A DNA stretch of 64,000 nt from Perkinsela sp. CCAP 1560/9 (GCA_965644495.1 CBFFSA010000002.1:744001-808000), one strand, 5' to 3'. Shown: positions 33,109 through 44,787, counted from the stretch's first letter. Notes: generated from the sequence alone by a model not told the origin. Numbers and translations: made by a program.

Positions 33109-33928
33109 GGTTAAATTCAAACAAATTTAGCCTTTTTCTGAAATTTCAAAAAGCAAACAAAACAAATCATTTTTTCCGAAACTTTTTCCCTTTAATCCTT
33201 ACGGCTTTAATAAGTACCGCTTCCTTAACATACTTGATCTACAAATGAATACAAATACAGTGTTCTTGCAAATTCTGCAGAACACGCAGCATCACTTCTC
33301 CATTCTTGCGGAGGCTCCCGTTGCACTTCTCGGCGATTGCTTGCACTCTGTCTGCTCTTCTACCTGATTTCCTTCCCAAAACGCTCCCTTCAGGCTTCAA
33401 TCGCTTCTTTGCCATTGAGTTAGCACACTCAACGGTGTTCGTGTGCACACCTTCCTGTGTCACCCACTCTCGACGGTGATTTACACTTTTCCACTGGTAA
33501 TTGTTCCCCAGTTGAATATTGTGCCGTGCCCTCGTCGGTCGTTTGTTTCGCACTTCTGTGGGCTCTACCTGGTACCAGTGGGCCTGGTGCGGCGTACCTT
33601 CCGTTGCACTTTTTAGTGCACCACCACTTTGCACCAATACGCTTCATGCTCTGAGGTGTTTTGTGGATTTTCCTGTAGCACACGACTTTTTGAGCGACTA
33701 GTTTGTGACTTTCTAGTCACTGCACACAATCCTCCTCAGTCCACAGAGAAACCTTGCTCAAAGTGAGCTCTTTGTGGCAGGAAAACCGAGCACACACCCC
33801 ACAGGGCATTAGAAAATACCGAAAATACTTAAGCTAAGCAAGATATCTTATAAAAAGGTGATTAATGAGGCAATTTAACTTTTACGGAAATCGGAAATAA
33901 CAAAGGCTAATTTTGCTTTAATTTCACC
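33109..33928 (-). mobile_element. Merlin (IS1595/IS1016-like) transposon, internally deleted
   Basis: 9-bp TSD CACTGACTG at 33100-33108 and 33929-33937; TIRs start GG; VNHRREWVTQEGVHTNTVE motif; N-terminal Zn-ribbon remnant. Confidence 0.88.
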
Positions 33929-34032
33929 CACTGACTGCCATGACTATCACAGACTGTCATGAATTTCACAGACTGCCACGAGCTTCACTGAGTGACTGCA
34001 CTGTGTCCGATGTTTTGGCGATTTTTCTTTTT

Positions 34033-34131
34033 TAGGCTCTTCGTTAAACGCGGAGGTAATTTTCAACGCGAAGCGCGCAGCATGAGTGACTTCTAAGTTG
34101 AAAACAACCACCGCGTTTAACGAAGAGCCTA
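34033..34131. repeat. 99-bp palindrome family, copy 2 (opposite orientation)
   Basis: Reverse complement of 32218-32316 with a few substitutions. Confidence 0.9.
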
Positions 34132-34349
34132 AAAAAGAAAAAGAAACCACTGTCGGGGTTAATATTCCTGTACTGTGACCCCCCCTTTAATATGGACAAG
34201 GGGTATCCCTCCCCTTTACTGGTCTAAACTTAATTCGACAAACTGTTTTCTAAATCCTTTGAAAAAGAATTTTCCAATTTTTATGGATAACTTTACGATT
34301 TCAAAGCTAGTGCTTGATCCAATCCTATCCTATCCTAAAACACTGGTTA

Positions 34350-34733
34350 TTAAAACCAGTTAAGAAAACAACCTTTTCTTATGTTGTAATAACTTTGAAT
34401 CTTTAGAAATTTCATCCTTATCCCCACCAGATTCTTCCTCTGCCTGTTGAGTTCTTTTTTGGTCCCTTTATGCTGTTTCTTTTGGACCTTATGAGTATTA
34501 CTAGAACCCAAGTCCTTATTCTCTTCCGAAGGGAGTTCCACGGAACTTACACCTCCCTTGGGAACTACATCTGGCGTCTTTTTTCTCCTCTTGGGTTCTG
34601 AGGTAGGAAGAGCCTTGCGTGTTCCTGAAATGGCAAGCGCATCAGCCTGCTCATTATGTGTGTTCCCATTATGGGACCTCACTGCACATGAATACTTCCT
34701 AGTGCCTGATGAGGTTTCGTCAAGACGAAACAC
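34350..34733 (-). pseudogene. RNase H C-terminal fragment, probably from a retroelement
   Basis: AVRSHNGNTHNEQADALA matches the RNase HI V..H.G...NE.AD.LA motif. Confidence 0.6.
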
Positions 34734-34849
34734 TTTCTTAAAGTGAAGAAGAGATTGATATCCAGACGCTACCTAACCTTATACTATCGGAATGAGAGGA
34801 TTTTTCAGAAATCTTATAGATTTTTTCTAAAATATTTTTTACCCACATA

Positions 34850-36017
34850 CAGTAACTCAAAAAAGTGTTCAAATGCTTCGACATTTTTTAATGTTTTTAT
34901 TCTTTACCAAAGAGAATCGGAGGATAATGCTGTAGTATACGGTAGTAGTGTAGGCTGGGGTAGTGCTTATATCCCCACGTACTTTGAGTTCATCAACGAT
35001 CTTACTACGAAAAACTATGAAAGATATAATGTCAGTCCAACATTTGAACATTTTTTTGACTTTTTTTCGGACATGTTTTTTTATAGGAAAACGTTCTATT
35101 GCTTCACTCTTAATGGACCAAAATGGTTCAGACTTAATACTTAGCAAGTCCCCCCTTCGCCCTGATGACTGCCCTCAAACGATGGGCTCCATCTTGCAAC
35201 CCCATATCATGATGGAGCCGCCACCATACCTGAGCGTACCTTGTATGTTTCGCTCCGACAGCTCCTCCCCAAAGTCTACCCAAACCCACCGGCTACCATT
35301 CGACTCGAAACGGCAGATCTTCGTTTCATCCGTGAAAAGTACACGGCCCCAGTCGGCGTGCGTCCAATGCTCGTACTTTCTTGCAAAAGCAAGACGTAGA
35401 GCCTTGTGTCGTTTCGTAAGGTAGGGCTTCTTGACCCTCTTCTTTCCCTTCATACGCTTGCGAAGGGAAACCCGAATGGTTTCCGGGCAAACATCCGCAA
35501 TACCCTCGTCTCTCAACCTTTTGCTGGCGGCAACTGCGTCTTTTGTGGCGCCGCTCGTGATAAGACGGCGGACGCGCCTACGGCAAGTATCATTCAGCTT
35601 ACGTGGGCGACCGGTTGGTTGTCTAGATAGTGATGGAAGATATTTATTTTTAATACGGCTGACATTTCCTACGCTTAAGTTTAAATCGGCGGCCACTCTA
35701 CGAAGTGAAGATCCGTTTTCAAGTTTTTCAATAGCAATCTTTCGTAAATAACTCGGTGCACTGTGCATAAGTAATGTAGTAAATAGAACAACTTGGTTTT
35801 ATTCTCCTATTGTAGATCTTTGTCCTACTATGCACAGTACACCGAGTTATTTACGAAAGATTGCTATTACGTGGGGATATAAGCACTACCCCAGCCTACA
35901 TTACTACCATACATACAGCATTATGTATATACTACAGCATTATCCTCTGATTTTCTTTGGTAAAGAATAAAAACATTAAAAAATGTCGAAACATTCGAAC
36001 ACTTTTTTGAGTTACTG
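34850..36017 (-). mobile_element. Tc1-family transposon with truncated transposase (35175..35768)
   Basis: TIRs of ~135 bp, TA-CAGTAACTCAAAAAAGTGTTC...GAACACTTTTTTGAGTTACTG-TA; HTH, GRPRKL, WGRVLFTDETK, GGGSIMIWGC. Confidence 0.92.
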
Positions 36018-37358
36018 TATTTTCCGCGATCCCCCTCCGATGCCCTCTCCCCTCCAGGGTGAAGGCATTGGAGGGGGGTCGCTCGCATCCTGACCAACCC
36101 ATTTGGGCTTAATTAATTTAAGTTTGGGCGTAATTACTGGTGGCGCACTTTACAGCGTAATTAAAATAAACAATGTTTTTATTAACAAAGCATAAATTAA
36201 CAAAGTAATTAATTTTTACTGAAAATTGGCCGAAAATAATTAATAATTATTATTTTTCTGGGAGGACGGTCTGGTATGATAATTTTCATGCAGACTGGTA
36301 GGAAATGGCGTTGGAGACAACAACAGTTTCCTCGAAAGTTCGGCATTCAGGAGAAAATGATTTCCAATTTAGTGGAAATTTTTCTCACACAGAAATAAAA
36401 ATTAACAATGCTTTTATTAACAAAGCATAAGTTAACAAAGCAGTTAATTTTTTGAAGCAAACTTTGTTAATAAATGTTATTGTTATAAAATGCGCTACCG
36501 GTAAGTTGGGCGTAACTATGTACGGGCGTAATTATGTTCGGCACGGTATTATGGACAAATCCGACCGGGCGCCTCGGAGAGGCACTTATTTTTTGGGGGG
36601 GTCATCTTTTTGTCATTTTTTTCTATATCTAGCTAGGTAATTTTGTCAGGTTTCACATTGTTTGTCATGTTCATATACAATTCAGACATTTTTCAACCCA
36701 ACGAATCCCGTGGAAGGACCCTTAACCCCCTGTATTAAAGCAAAACTCCCTAAGCCACAGGTAGGTAATCCAACAATTCTGATTACGAATGAGCGCAATG
36801 CCCACACTTATTGACCCCCTTCTCCCCCCTGACCGCTGAACATCTGATTTTTCCGGTAATATTGGCATGACTCTGTAAAAAAAATGATGAAAAAATATGT
36901 TTTTTTGACTCCTATGTACTGTTTTTATTTGTTTGTTTGTGAAGAGGTCAAAAAACAGCGGGAACATGCAGATCTCAAAATTTTGAGCGACAAAGTGGTG
37001 CCGCAACCCCCCTAAGCCTCGCTGTACGAAAAAAAGAGGGGGGTGACTTATTCGCTGTGGGGGGGTTATATACGAAAAGCGCGAAATCTGCAGATCAACT
37101 CTCTCGGGTTTGTATTTTAAATACCGTACCCACTTAGTATACCTGTTAGATGTACTATCCTGGAACATGGTTTAATGAGATTAAATTTGTGCCGCTCCCC
37201 TGGTTACTTTTGTTCAAGAATATGAAGCCTCGATATTTAGAAACTCATTTTACACATTTGATTCACATGATACAATAGATACCACGAACCTTTCGCCTAG
37301 ATACTGCACTGCATAGAATACTCTACAATATTGGGTTATTCCTTTTTGGAAATAGTGT

Positions 37359-40300
37359 ATGCAGACAGTAAGCTCACGCATTAGTACATCTTACAAAGCA
37401 ACTCTTTATTGGAGTTACGCTCGCGGTTATCTCACATCAATACAGCGATTTCGGAAATGGATAACACGTCCGTGGAAATATATGACCCTCCCACGAACTC
37501 CTCTTCAAGTGTATTGGTCCGATTGGATTACAAAGTGCGTCAAAAATAGACATCACCATGAGTGGAAGCATTTGCGTTACGTGAAGAAAGAATATGATTT
37601 ACTTTCCAAAGAAGAGAAGGAAAAGGCTGCGTTGACAGCCTCAAAGAACATTGCGGTAGCGGAAGTGATCAGGCGACAAGTCACTGGACACCACACTACT
37701 GCTCTATCTCTTTTTCGAAAAGAGATGGTACCGAACTTGTTGCCTAGAATAAATGACAGGAGCAGAAAAAATTCGAAAATGCTAACACCGGTTTTCTTCA
37801 AGGAAAGTGCGCAACTTTTTGGGTTGTTAACACCGAGTCAGAAAGGATTACTTAAAGACAAAGCAAGGAATAGGCGTCTAGCGGTCCTAGAACGCAGGCG
37901 CAGTATGCGGGACTTATTTCATCGGGAAGAAAGATCCAACGAAGCACGACGTTGTAGTTATGAAAATGGGTACGCGTATTATTATCAGAGAATGATGCCT
38001 CAATTTTTTCGCATGGAGAAGAAATGTACTCCATCTGCCAAGGCTAATTTTTTAGAGCAGCTCAGCATGATAGGATGTGTGAGAGAATTCTGTATTCTTA
38101 CGGACCAAAAACGCTCTGTTTTAGATCAACTGGTCAGTCGAAACAGAGAGACTGCAATATCATTCATGTCAGGAAAAAAGTCTGATGCAATTTTTCGGGA
38201 TTCCTTTTCAGAAAACAAAATTAAAGAATCCGAAAACCCCGACCGAGTATCGCTAAAAATTATGAGATTTCGAATCATACAAACCGAAAGTTCTAATGAA
38301 AAGCAAGCTATTTCAGAGCGGGAAATATCTCAATTGCTCTGGCCTCGAAAGGCGGAGCCCGAAAAAATCAACCAGTTCTTACATCGAACTCCTCTTAAAC
38401 TGGTTCGAGCTCCTAGCTTGCGTACTAAGATTAAAACTGTTCCCACAAGGCAAGTCAAAATCTCAAAAACGCTAACGACAAGCAATGTTTGTGAAAATCA
38501 ACCTTTCCACTCAAAAAACGAAATTTCATCACGAACTGTTAAATCTATTCTTTCTAAGTCTCCTCACCTAAAGAAACAGCTCAAAATTCAGGCGCAGCAT
38601 GTGCAGAATGGATTCGATAATTATATGGCACATCTTAAAAACGCGAGAAGCTATGATGCTCTACTGAGAGGTGCAACAATGAGCGCTCTAAAACTATTTG
38701 AACAGCAACAAGTATCAAGATATTTATTCCAGTCGGTCATTGGGATTGGTGAACAGCTTTGTTCTGCACAAGTAGAAGCCCAATACTCATTACTTTCATC
38801 GAGTGCACGAGAGGTTCTTGCTTTCACAGCTGATAAAATTCGAAGAACCTGTGTTTTCGCCATCAGTCAGATTCAAAATGGACTAGCAGAGCACCATAAA
38901 GAAAACATAAAATGCTATCGTCATGCAAAAGCATACAACGTTTACAGAAATAAAATGGGTGGGTCGCAGGTATCAAAGTCCTATGTTAACGCTACTTACA
39001 GGATTCTTTCTGCGGGACAGCGCTCTGTGCTGGAGGCAGAAGCGAAAAAAAAGAAGGCCATGTCCTACATATATTTACCTCCTGAAGTGCTTAAAAAAAA
39101 GTATTCGCCACTGGATATGCCTTTTCTACAGAATTTGCTTCAAGACGAAGGATTCTCGGACCGTCACGAGCATGAATTTCTAAGTCTGTGCTCACAAAAT
39201 TTGCTTGACATAGTGGAAAAACTAAAGCCTTTTTACTTGAATTCTTCAGAAATCGCGGGGCTTAAAACTGCTCCAGATATTGATATCGAGATTCGAGCAA
39301 GAGTAAGCGAGTATTCTAAAAACTTTATTTATCTTCTAAGAAGCGCAAACTCTTATATTACTTTGCAGCAGGCTTTAGGTATACAAGGCATTCATTTATA
39401 TCTTTTTCAACGAGCTGTAAATCTTCCGCTTGAATCTAAAACGCAAAGCTCGACTATTGAGCAACTTCTTGATGGTATCCACGAATTATCGGAATGTTAC
39501 AACAAGCTTTCGGAAAGGGAAAAGATGACGCTTGAATTGACTGCCAACATGGTTAGACAATTTCTGCTTGCTCATATTAAGCAAATTAAATATCGTGTTA
39601 ACAAAGTTCAAGAAACTTTTCAACCGAAGGATTCTGCCTATCCTGATAGTACAGATGCAACAAGCTCTGCTGTCAAGTATACTAATCCAAATTACTTGCC
39701 AGGCAGCCAACCAAATCTCAAAATCATTGAAAGTGTTACTAATAATGATCCGAAAAAAACTTCCTTCTTTTCCGTGCTCAAGAAGCATTACGGAGATAAA
39801 TGGATGTGTCCGGCAGATCACAATTTTTACAATATGATCCTCTTTAGGTATCTGGAGGGCGGACGAGAACAGAAAGAAAATGTAACCTTCAAGTATCGCG
39901 CGGCCCTAAAACTTTTCGTTATTCGACGTCTAAAATTTTTGAATAGTTTTTACAAATCCCGTTTTTTAAGTGACATGCATCTTTATGAAAAGCATCGTCA
40001 TATATCCGTACACGCTTTCTTTACTTTGTGCGAGGAGGAAAAGATGCGTCTCCAAGAAGTGGCAACTACTATGCGTAAAATATCTGGCAAAGTGCTACAA
40101 CTCGTAGCATTTAATGTGAAACTATTATCCCGAGTTACAGACGAAGCTTTCTATATTACGCAGCTTTCTGGGGTGCAATTGTTTAGAAACTGTTTTGCAA
40201 AACTTCTAACGCAAAGTAAAAAGACAAACAGGTACAAAATTACGAAAAAATACGAATCCACCTGTGATGATGCGTATTGTTTGCTTCAACCTGAGCAGCG

Positions 40301-40379
40301 CAAGAAGTTAGAAATCATTGCTTTGAAAATTCGCGACAGGGTCATACAGAAATACAAGACTAAACTAAGTTCAATGTAA
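37359..40379 (+). CDS. Large basic protein with about 8 degenerate HMG-box/KAP-like repeats, probably mitochondrial DNA-binding
   Basis: Recurrent (S/T)(A/G)hxh(F/Y)...(Y/F)xxL(S/T)xx(E/Q)(K/R)xxLxxxA units; Arg/Ser-rich, acid-free N-terminus. Confidence 0.6.
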   Translation: MQTVSSRISTSYKATLYWSYARGYLTSIQRFRKWITRPWKYMTLPRTPLQVYWSDWITKCVKNRHHHEWKHLRYVKKEYDLLSKEEKEKAALTASKNIAVAEVIRRQVTGHHTTALSLFRKEMVPNLLPRINDRSRKNSKMLTPVFFKESAQLFGLLTPSQKGLLKDKARNRRLAVLERRRSMRDLFHREERSNEARRCSYENGYAYYYQRMMPQFFRMEKKCTPSAKANFLEQLSMIGCVREFCILTDQKRSVLDQLVSRNRETAISFMSGKKSDAIFRDSFSENKIKESENPDRVSLKIMRFRIIQTESSNEKQAISEREISQLLWPRKAEPEKINQFLHRTPLKLVRAPSLRTKIKTVPTRQVKISKTLTTSNVCENQPFHSKNEISSRTVKSILSKSPHLKKQLKIQAQHVQNGFDNYMAHLKNARSYDALLRGATMSALKLFEQQQVSRYLFQSVIGIGEQLCSAQVEAQYSLLSSSAREVLAFTADKIRRTCVFAISQIQNGLAEHHKENIKCYRHAKAYNVYRNKMGGSQVSKSYVNATYRILSAGQRSVLEAEAKKKKAMSYIYLPPEVLKKKYSPLDMPFLQNLLQDEGFSDRHEHEFLSLCSQNLLDIVEKLKPFYLNSSEIAGLKTAPDIDIEIRARVSEYSKNFIYLLRSANSYITLQQALGIQGIHLYLFQRAVNLPLESKTQSSTIEQLLDGIHELSECYNKLSEREKMTLELTANMVRQFLLAHIKQIKYRVNKVQETFQPKDSAYPDSTDATSSAVKYTNPNYLPGSQPNLKIIESVTNNDPKKTSFFSVLKKHYGDKWMCPADHNFYNMILFRYLEGGREQKENVTFKYRAALKLFVIRRLKFLNSFYKSRFLSDMHLYEKHRHISVHAFFTLCEEEKMRLQEVATTMRKISGKVLQLVAFNVKLLSRVTDEAFYITQLSGVQLFRNCFAKLLTQSKKTNRYKITKKYESTCDDAYCLLQPEQRKKLEIIALKIRDRVIQKYKTKLSSM

Positions 40380-40893
40380 TGATGAGCCATTTTTGCTAAC
40401 GATTCTTATTTTTTGAGGCGCTCATTGCATTACATTACATATTACAGTGCGCCCAGTTGATAAAGTCCCAAAAAACGATTTTCCCAAATGGTAAAGTTCT
40501 ATTTAGTAGTTACCTTTTTTTAGAGTTTTTCTCTTTTTCGAGGATGCTTGTCTAAAAGAAATTGTCGCACTGTCATTGATTTCATTTCATCTACTTTTTT
40601 TAAATTATGACAACGGATATTCGCATACAACTTGCATTGGAAAGCGTTGTCCAAGACACCGGAGAAACTGGTTGCCTACAAAGACCCGCTGACATTTCAA
40701 CCGGGACAATCTGAGGGTACTTTTCGAAAAGCTTTTGGACGTCACTCATAGCTGCAGAATTATTCACAATTGAAGTCTCTAATAATAAGGAATGTCGGTA
40801 GTTGTAAAACTACCGCTCTACCCTCGATTATTGAAAAAAAGTGACCAAAAACAGTGAAAATATAAAGAGGAACACAGTAATATAAACCACATA

Positions 40894-41432
40894 CTGTAAA
40901 TTGCATTAATAATTATAAATTTGCACAAATCCTAAACTTATAATTATTAAGGGTTTAAAATTCTTTCATAGTGTTTTTATAATTATAAATTGGTTTTAAG
41001 CTTTTTGTTTTACTCGTATGTCACGACCGAAGGGGAAAAGGGGACAAGATCAGAACGTAGGCAGTATTGAACAATTTACTAGCGTATCCGGCCGATCCCC
41101 TCCTCGATGGGTGGAGAAAAAGCGGCGTTTTCTTACATCCTGCTTAGAAAATGGAGGGGAAAGCTGGATGGGGAAGCTAGGTCGGGACCTCCTTGTTGTC
41201 TTACCTGGTACTACCGCCTCACTGATGGCACTAACGCGGACATGTAGTAATCCCCCCCTCGCTTATATATTCACTTACGGTTATAAATATAACTTTATAA
41301 GTGTTTATGTAGTAGTACATGTAGTATCATTCGTAAAAAAGCAAGAGGCCCAGTTGCATTATTATTTATATTTATAATTATAAATACAAAAGTTTTATTT
41401 TATATATTTATAATTATTAATGCAACTCCCAG
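40894..41432. mobile_element. TA-flanked MITE
   Basis: TA-CTGTAAATTGCATTAATAATTATAAAT ... ATTTATAATTATTAATGCAACTCCCAG-TA. Confidence 0.65.
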
Positions 41433-41690
41433 TACCCGTTTAACATACCTATACCTTGGATAACATACCGGGGGGGGGGGATGTTATTCTGGCCTGCGAC
41501 ACTTAGCATACCCCCCCCTCGTCCCACGGCGGCCTACTCTACCACTTCCCTGCGCTCGATTTCGAAAATCAAGATTTTGAAATTTTCAAAAAACGACGTA
41601 TGCTCCTCCCCATGGACCCCCCTTTTTTTCAATTGATTCTTCAGTTTTGGACCACCGGAGCCCCCTTTTATATTTTTTTCTCCTATTATA

Positions 41691-42621
41691 AACCCGCTCA
41701 CGAATAAGTGACCCCCCCTTATTTTTAGCACAGGGGGGCGTCGGTGGGTTATCATATCACTTTTTCGTTCAAAATTTCGAGATCTGTACGTTCCCGCTGT
41801 TTTTAGCTCATTTTAAAATTTTAAAATTTAATCAAAAAACTTAATTGGTTTTTCAACTTTTTTTTCCAAAAATTACCAAATCACCATATCGGCTCCCAAA
41901 AGGGGGGCTTACGGATAGTGGTAAGGTTCTTTTGAAGATGAGACAGGCAGAAGGTGTTCCGATAAAACAATTATCCCGTGATTTTAACGTCTCTAGAAGG
42001 ATAATCAAAAAATATCTGAACGAAAAAAAATCTAGCGGGGAATACACTTTGAGTCCTGTGACCATCTATTACAAGTGAGACATCTACAATGACACATCTA
42101 TTACAAGTGAGACGTACATAGAAACATTAAAACAGGTAGATTTCCCCCCTAATAGTGTATTTCAACAGGATGGGGCAACGGCACATACTGCCCGTGCCTC
42201 CAAAGAGTATATTGAGAATTGAATGAGTGATGTTCTAAGAAACTGGCCCCCCAACTCGCCCGACCTTTCCCCCATAGAAAACGTCTGGTCTATGGTCCAA
42301 GAGGCGGTAGACGAACAAACCCCATCGGACAAACCTTCACTTATCCGATGTGTATGTAAAGCATGGTCTTCTTTAACTCAAAAAGTGATCGACAAAACAG
42401 TATTAAGTTTTGATTCTCGACTTAAGGAGTGTATAAGATTGAAGGGCGAAAAAGTGACAAAATGGTAATTCTTCTCTAAATTGTGAGTATTCGTTTCTTT
42501 TTGTCTCATTTCTGCACGCGCAAAGTCCTTGTGTTGAGATCTGCAAAATGCAACAAAAAACAGCTCAAACGGACATTTGTACGGAAAAAAAGAGGGGGGT
42601 CACTTTTCGTGAGCGGGGGTT
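41691..42621 (+). mobile_element. Tc1/IS630-like transposon remnant
   Basis: TIRs CCCGCTCACGAATAAGTGACCCCCC / GGGGGGTCACTTTTCGTGAGCGGG; FQQDGATAHTA and WPPNSPDLSPIENVW motifs; related end at ~36950-37070. Confidence 0.85.
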
Positions 42622-42626
42622 TATTA

Positions 42627-42933
42627 CCGTAGACCCCCCCCAGTAATAGAATCAATTTTGGACCAAAATGGTCAAATCCTTGTTACTGGGGGGGTACGCT
42701 TTTTGGGTGGGAAAGGACCTTTTTTGCTCATGAGTGCGTTGATTTTCAACCCCGCAACCACGCGATTCGCTCCCTCGTAACCGCCCTCACCCCCCCCAAA
42801 CACCCCCACCCGCCCAAACACCCCTCCCCCCTCCAACGGCCCTCCCGAGCCAAATCCTTGTTACTGGGGGTCCGCCGAAAAAGGGTCAAATCCTTGTTAC
42901 TGGGGGGGGTCTATTACTGGGGGGGGTCTACGG
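42627..42933. mobile_element. CCGT-terminal MITE inserted into the TIR of another MITE
   Basis: TA-CCGTAGACCCCCCCCAGTAATAG...TTACTGGGGGGGGTCTACGG-TA; removing it restores TTATTACTGTG. Confidence 0.8.
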
Positions 42934-43195
42934 TACTGTGTTTCTCTTTATATTTTCACTGTTTTTGTTCACTTTTTTTCAATAATCGAGGGTAGAGCGG
43001 TAGTTATACAACCACCGCAATTATAGATCTACTACTTACTTGTTGCATGGGTAGTAAACGACAAAGATACTCACCATCACGCGCGTTAAAAAAAATATCG
43101 GCGCCGCTTCGCAGCGCCACTTTAACGCTGAGATGCTATAATATTTGAAAAAGTAAACAAAAACAGTGAAAATATAAAGAGGAACACAGTAATAT
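42934..43195. mobile_element. MITE family with TATTACTGTGTTCCTCTTTATATTTTCACTG termini
   Basis: Inverted ends here; further ends at ~22875-22911, 30590-30670, 40800-40883 and 58678-58765. Confidence 0.75.
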
Positions 43196-43210
43196 AACAG
43201 AAGAAAAATA

Positions 43211-44020
43211 CTGTACCCCCCCTACTTAATTGTCACCCCTCTACCCCCCCTATTTAATTGTCCTTTTTGACAGAGCCTTGCGCACGAGGCGTCGCGAAGC
43301 GGCGCCGATTCTTTTTTTTTCATTTTTTCATTTTCTAGTGTAATGTGATACGAGCACCTACCTATGAGCACCTACCTACGAGCACCTTATTACATCTTGT
43401 TACACAATATTGGCTCATTTTTTCCAAAACAGAATCCAAAAATACAAATCATTCCGGATCGCTCTGGACGGTCGCTGGCAAGCGAGACCCTTCACAGACA
43501 GATTTGGAAGTTCCGAGGCCGACGTCCTCGACCAGTTTCCGCTTGTCCTAAAAAAAACAGCACCAACGTGCTGTTACCAACACGTTGCGTCGACGAACTG
43601 TACGTCAACACTGCCCACCCAAGAGGTTTAAGCCGGGTAAGGGAGCTGGTTCCCTGAGGGGAGGGTCCGGGACGGTCCTCCGAGTACTGGGCCTAGTCGG
43701 TTCTCAGCCCAGCCTCTTAGAGTGAGGCTTAGAGATGCGTCGACGAACTGTACGTCAACACGGCTTACCCAAGAGGTGTAAGCCGGGTAAGGGAGCTGGT
43801 TCCCTGAGGGGAGGGTCCGGGACGGTCCTCCGAGTACTGGGCCTAGTCGGTTATCAGCCGAGCCTCTTAGAGTGAGGCCGCCGGGAATATTGCGATGAGC
43901 GGGTTTCAACTCGCCGTCTGAGCACCAATTTCTTACCCCTACTTTCTTCAAATTTTGCACCCCCCTATTTAATTGTCCTTTTTCCCGAAAAGCGATGACA
44001 ATTAAGTAGGGGGGGTACAG
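43211..44020. mobile_element. CTGT-terminal MITE hosting a structured-repeat insertion
   Basis: TA-CTGTACCCCCCCTACTTAATTGTCA...TGACAATTAAGTAGGGGGGGTACAG-TA. Confidence 0.8.
43431..43927. repeat. Structured GC-rich interspersed repeat, copy 1, with a 143-bp internal tandem duplication
   Basis: Inverted near-identical copy at 57752-58098; units 43586-43728 and 43736-43878. Confidence 0.9.
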
Positions 44021-44023
44021 TAT

Positions 44024-44787
44024 ATAAAAGGGGCTCCGGTGGTCCAAAAATTTTCAAAACAATTCGGACCCTTAGGGGGTCCAGGGGGGGAGGCATACCG
44101 CACGAATTTTTTTTGAAAAACATTTTGTTCGAAAAAAAACGCAGAAGCGGTAGCCGGGGTCTTGGCGCGCATTTTCCATCCCCCTACCAGGGGGTGACCC
44201 CCCCCCGCGTATGCGCAGGACGGGTCCGACAAGTTCGGATTTTTTCGGATATTTTTTTTGAAAAAATTTTCAACTTGACGAAAAAAATGGTAAAAAAAAA
44301 TATATTTCCAAAATCGTTTTGCCTATTCTATTTTGATAGCTTGGGACCTATTCTCGCTTTCTACGCCACTGTTTTCGCGAGATGTGGCTTTTTAAAGCCG
44401 TGGTAAGCCTCCCAAAATGGCCCATTTTTGACGAAAAAAGGCGAGATTTTCGGACCCAAAGAGGTCTTTTTGAGTCGGAAGAATGGTGTGGTTGGAGTCG
44501 CATTCTCTACCCAATACGTTCTGTAGCCTCGAATACATGCCTACGAGTGTTTTCCCACACGCAAATGTCGAATTTAGCGCTCTGAGAGCAAAAATGCCTA
44601 AAAATCATCCCATTTTTACCTAAAAATCGGCTATTTTTGGCTCAAATCCTTCCGTTTTCTTCAGCGTCCCCAGCCAATTTTTCTTTTTTAGGCTCTTCGT
44701 TAAACGCGGTGGTAGTTTTCAACGCGAAGCGCGCAGCATGAGTGACTTCTAAGTTGAAAACAACCACCGCGTTTATCGAAGAGCCTA
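44024..44787. mobile_element. Asymmetric ~760-bp repeat ending in 99-bp palindrome copy 3 (44689-44787)
   Basis: AAAGGGGCTCCGGTGGTCCAAA end also seen at ~23357 and ~41645-41670; body homologous in inverted orientation to 32317-32770 and partly to 53507-53910. Confidence 0.6.

Noticed and set aside
43586-43927. HDV-like or hammerhead ribozyme, or ingi/L1Tc 79-bp signature, in the structured repeat
   Set aside because: I could not build a consistent P1/P1.1/P2/P3 pseudoknot or a CUGANGA/GAAA core on either strand by hand
43860-43927. Complete tRNA gene
   Set aside because: Only a T-loop-like segment and CCA are present; no matching acceptor 5' strand, D arm or anticodon arm
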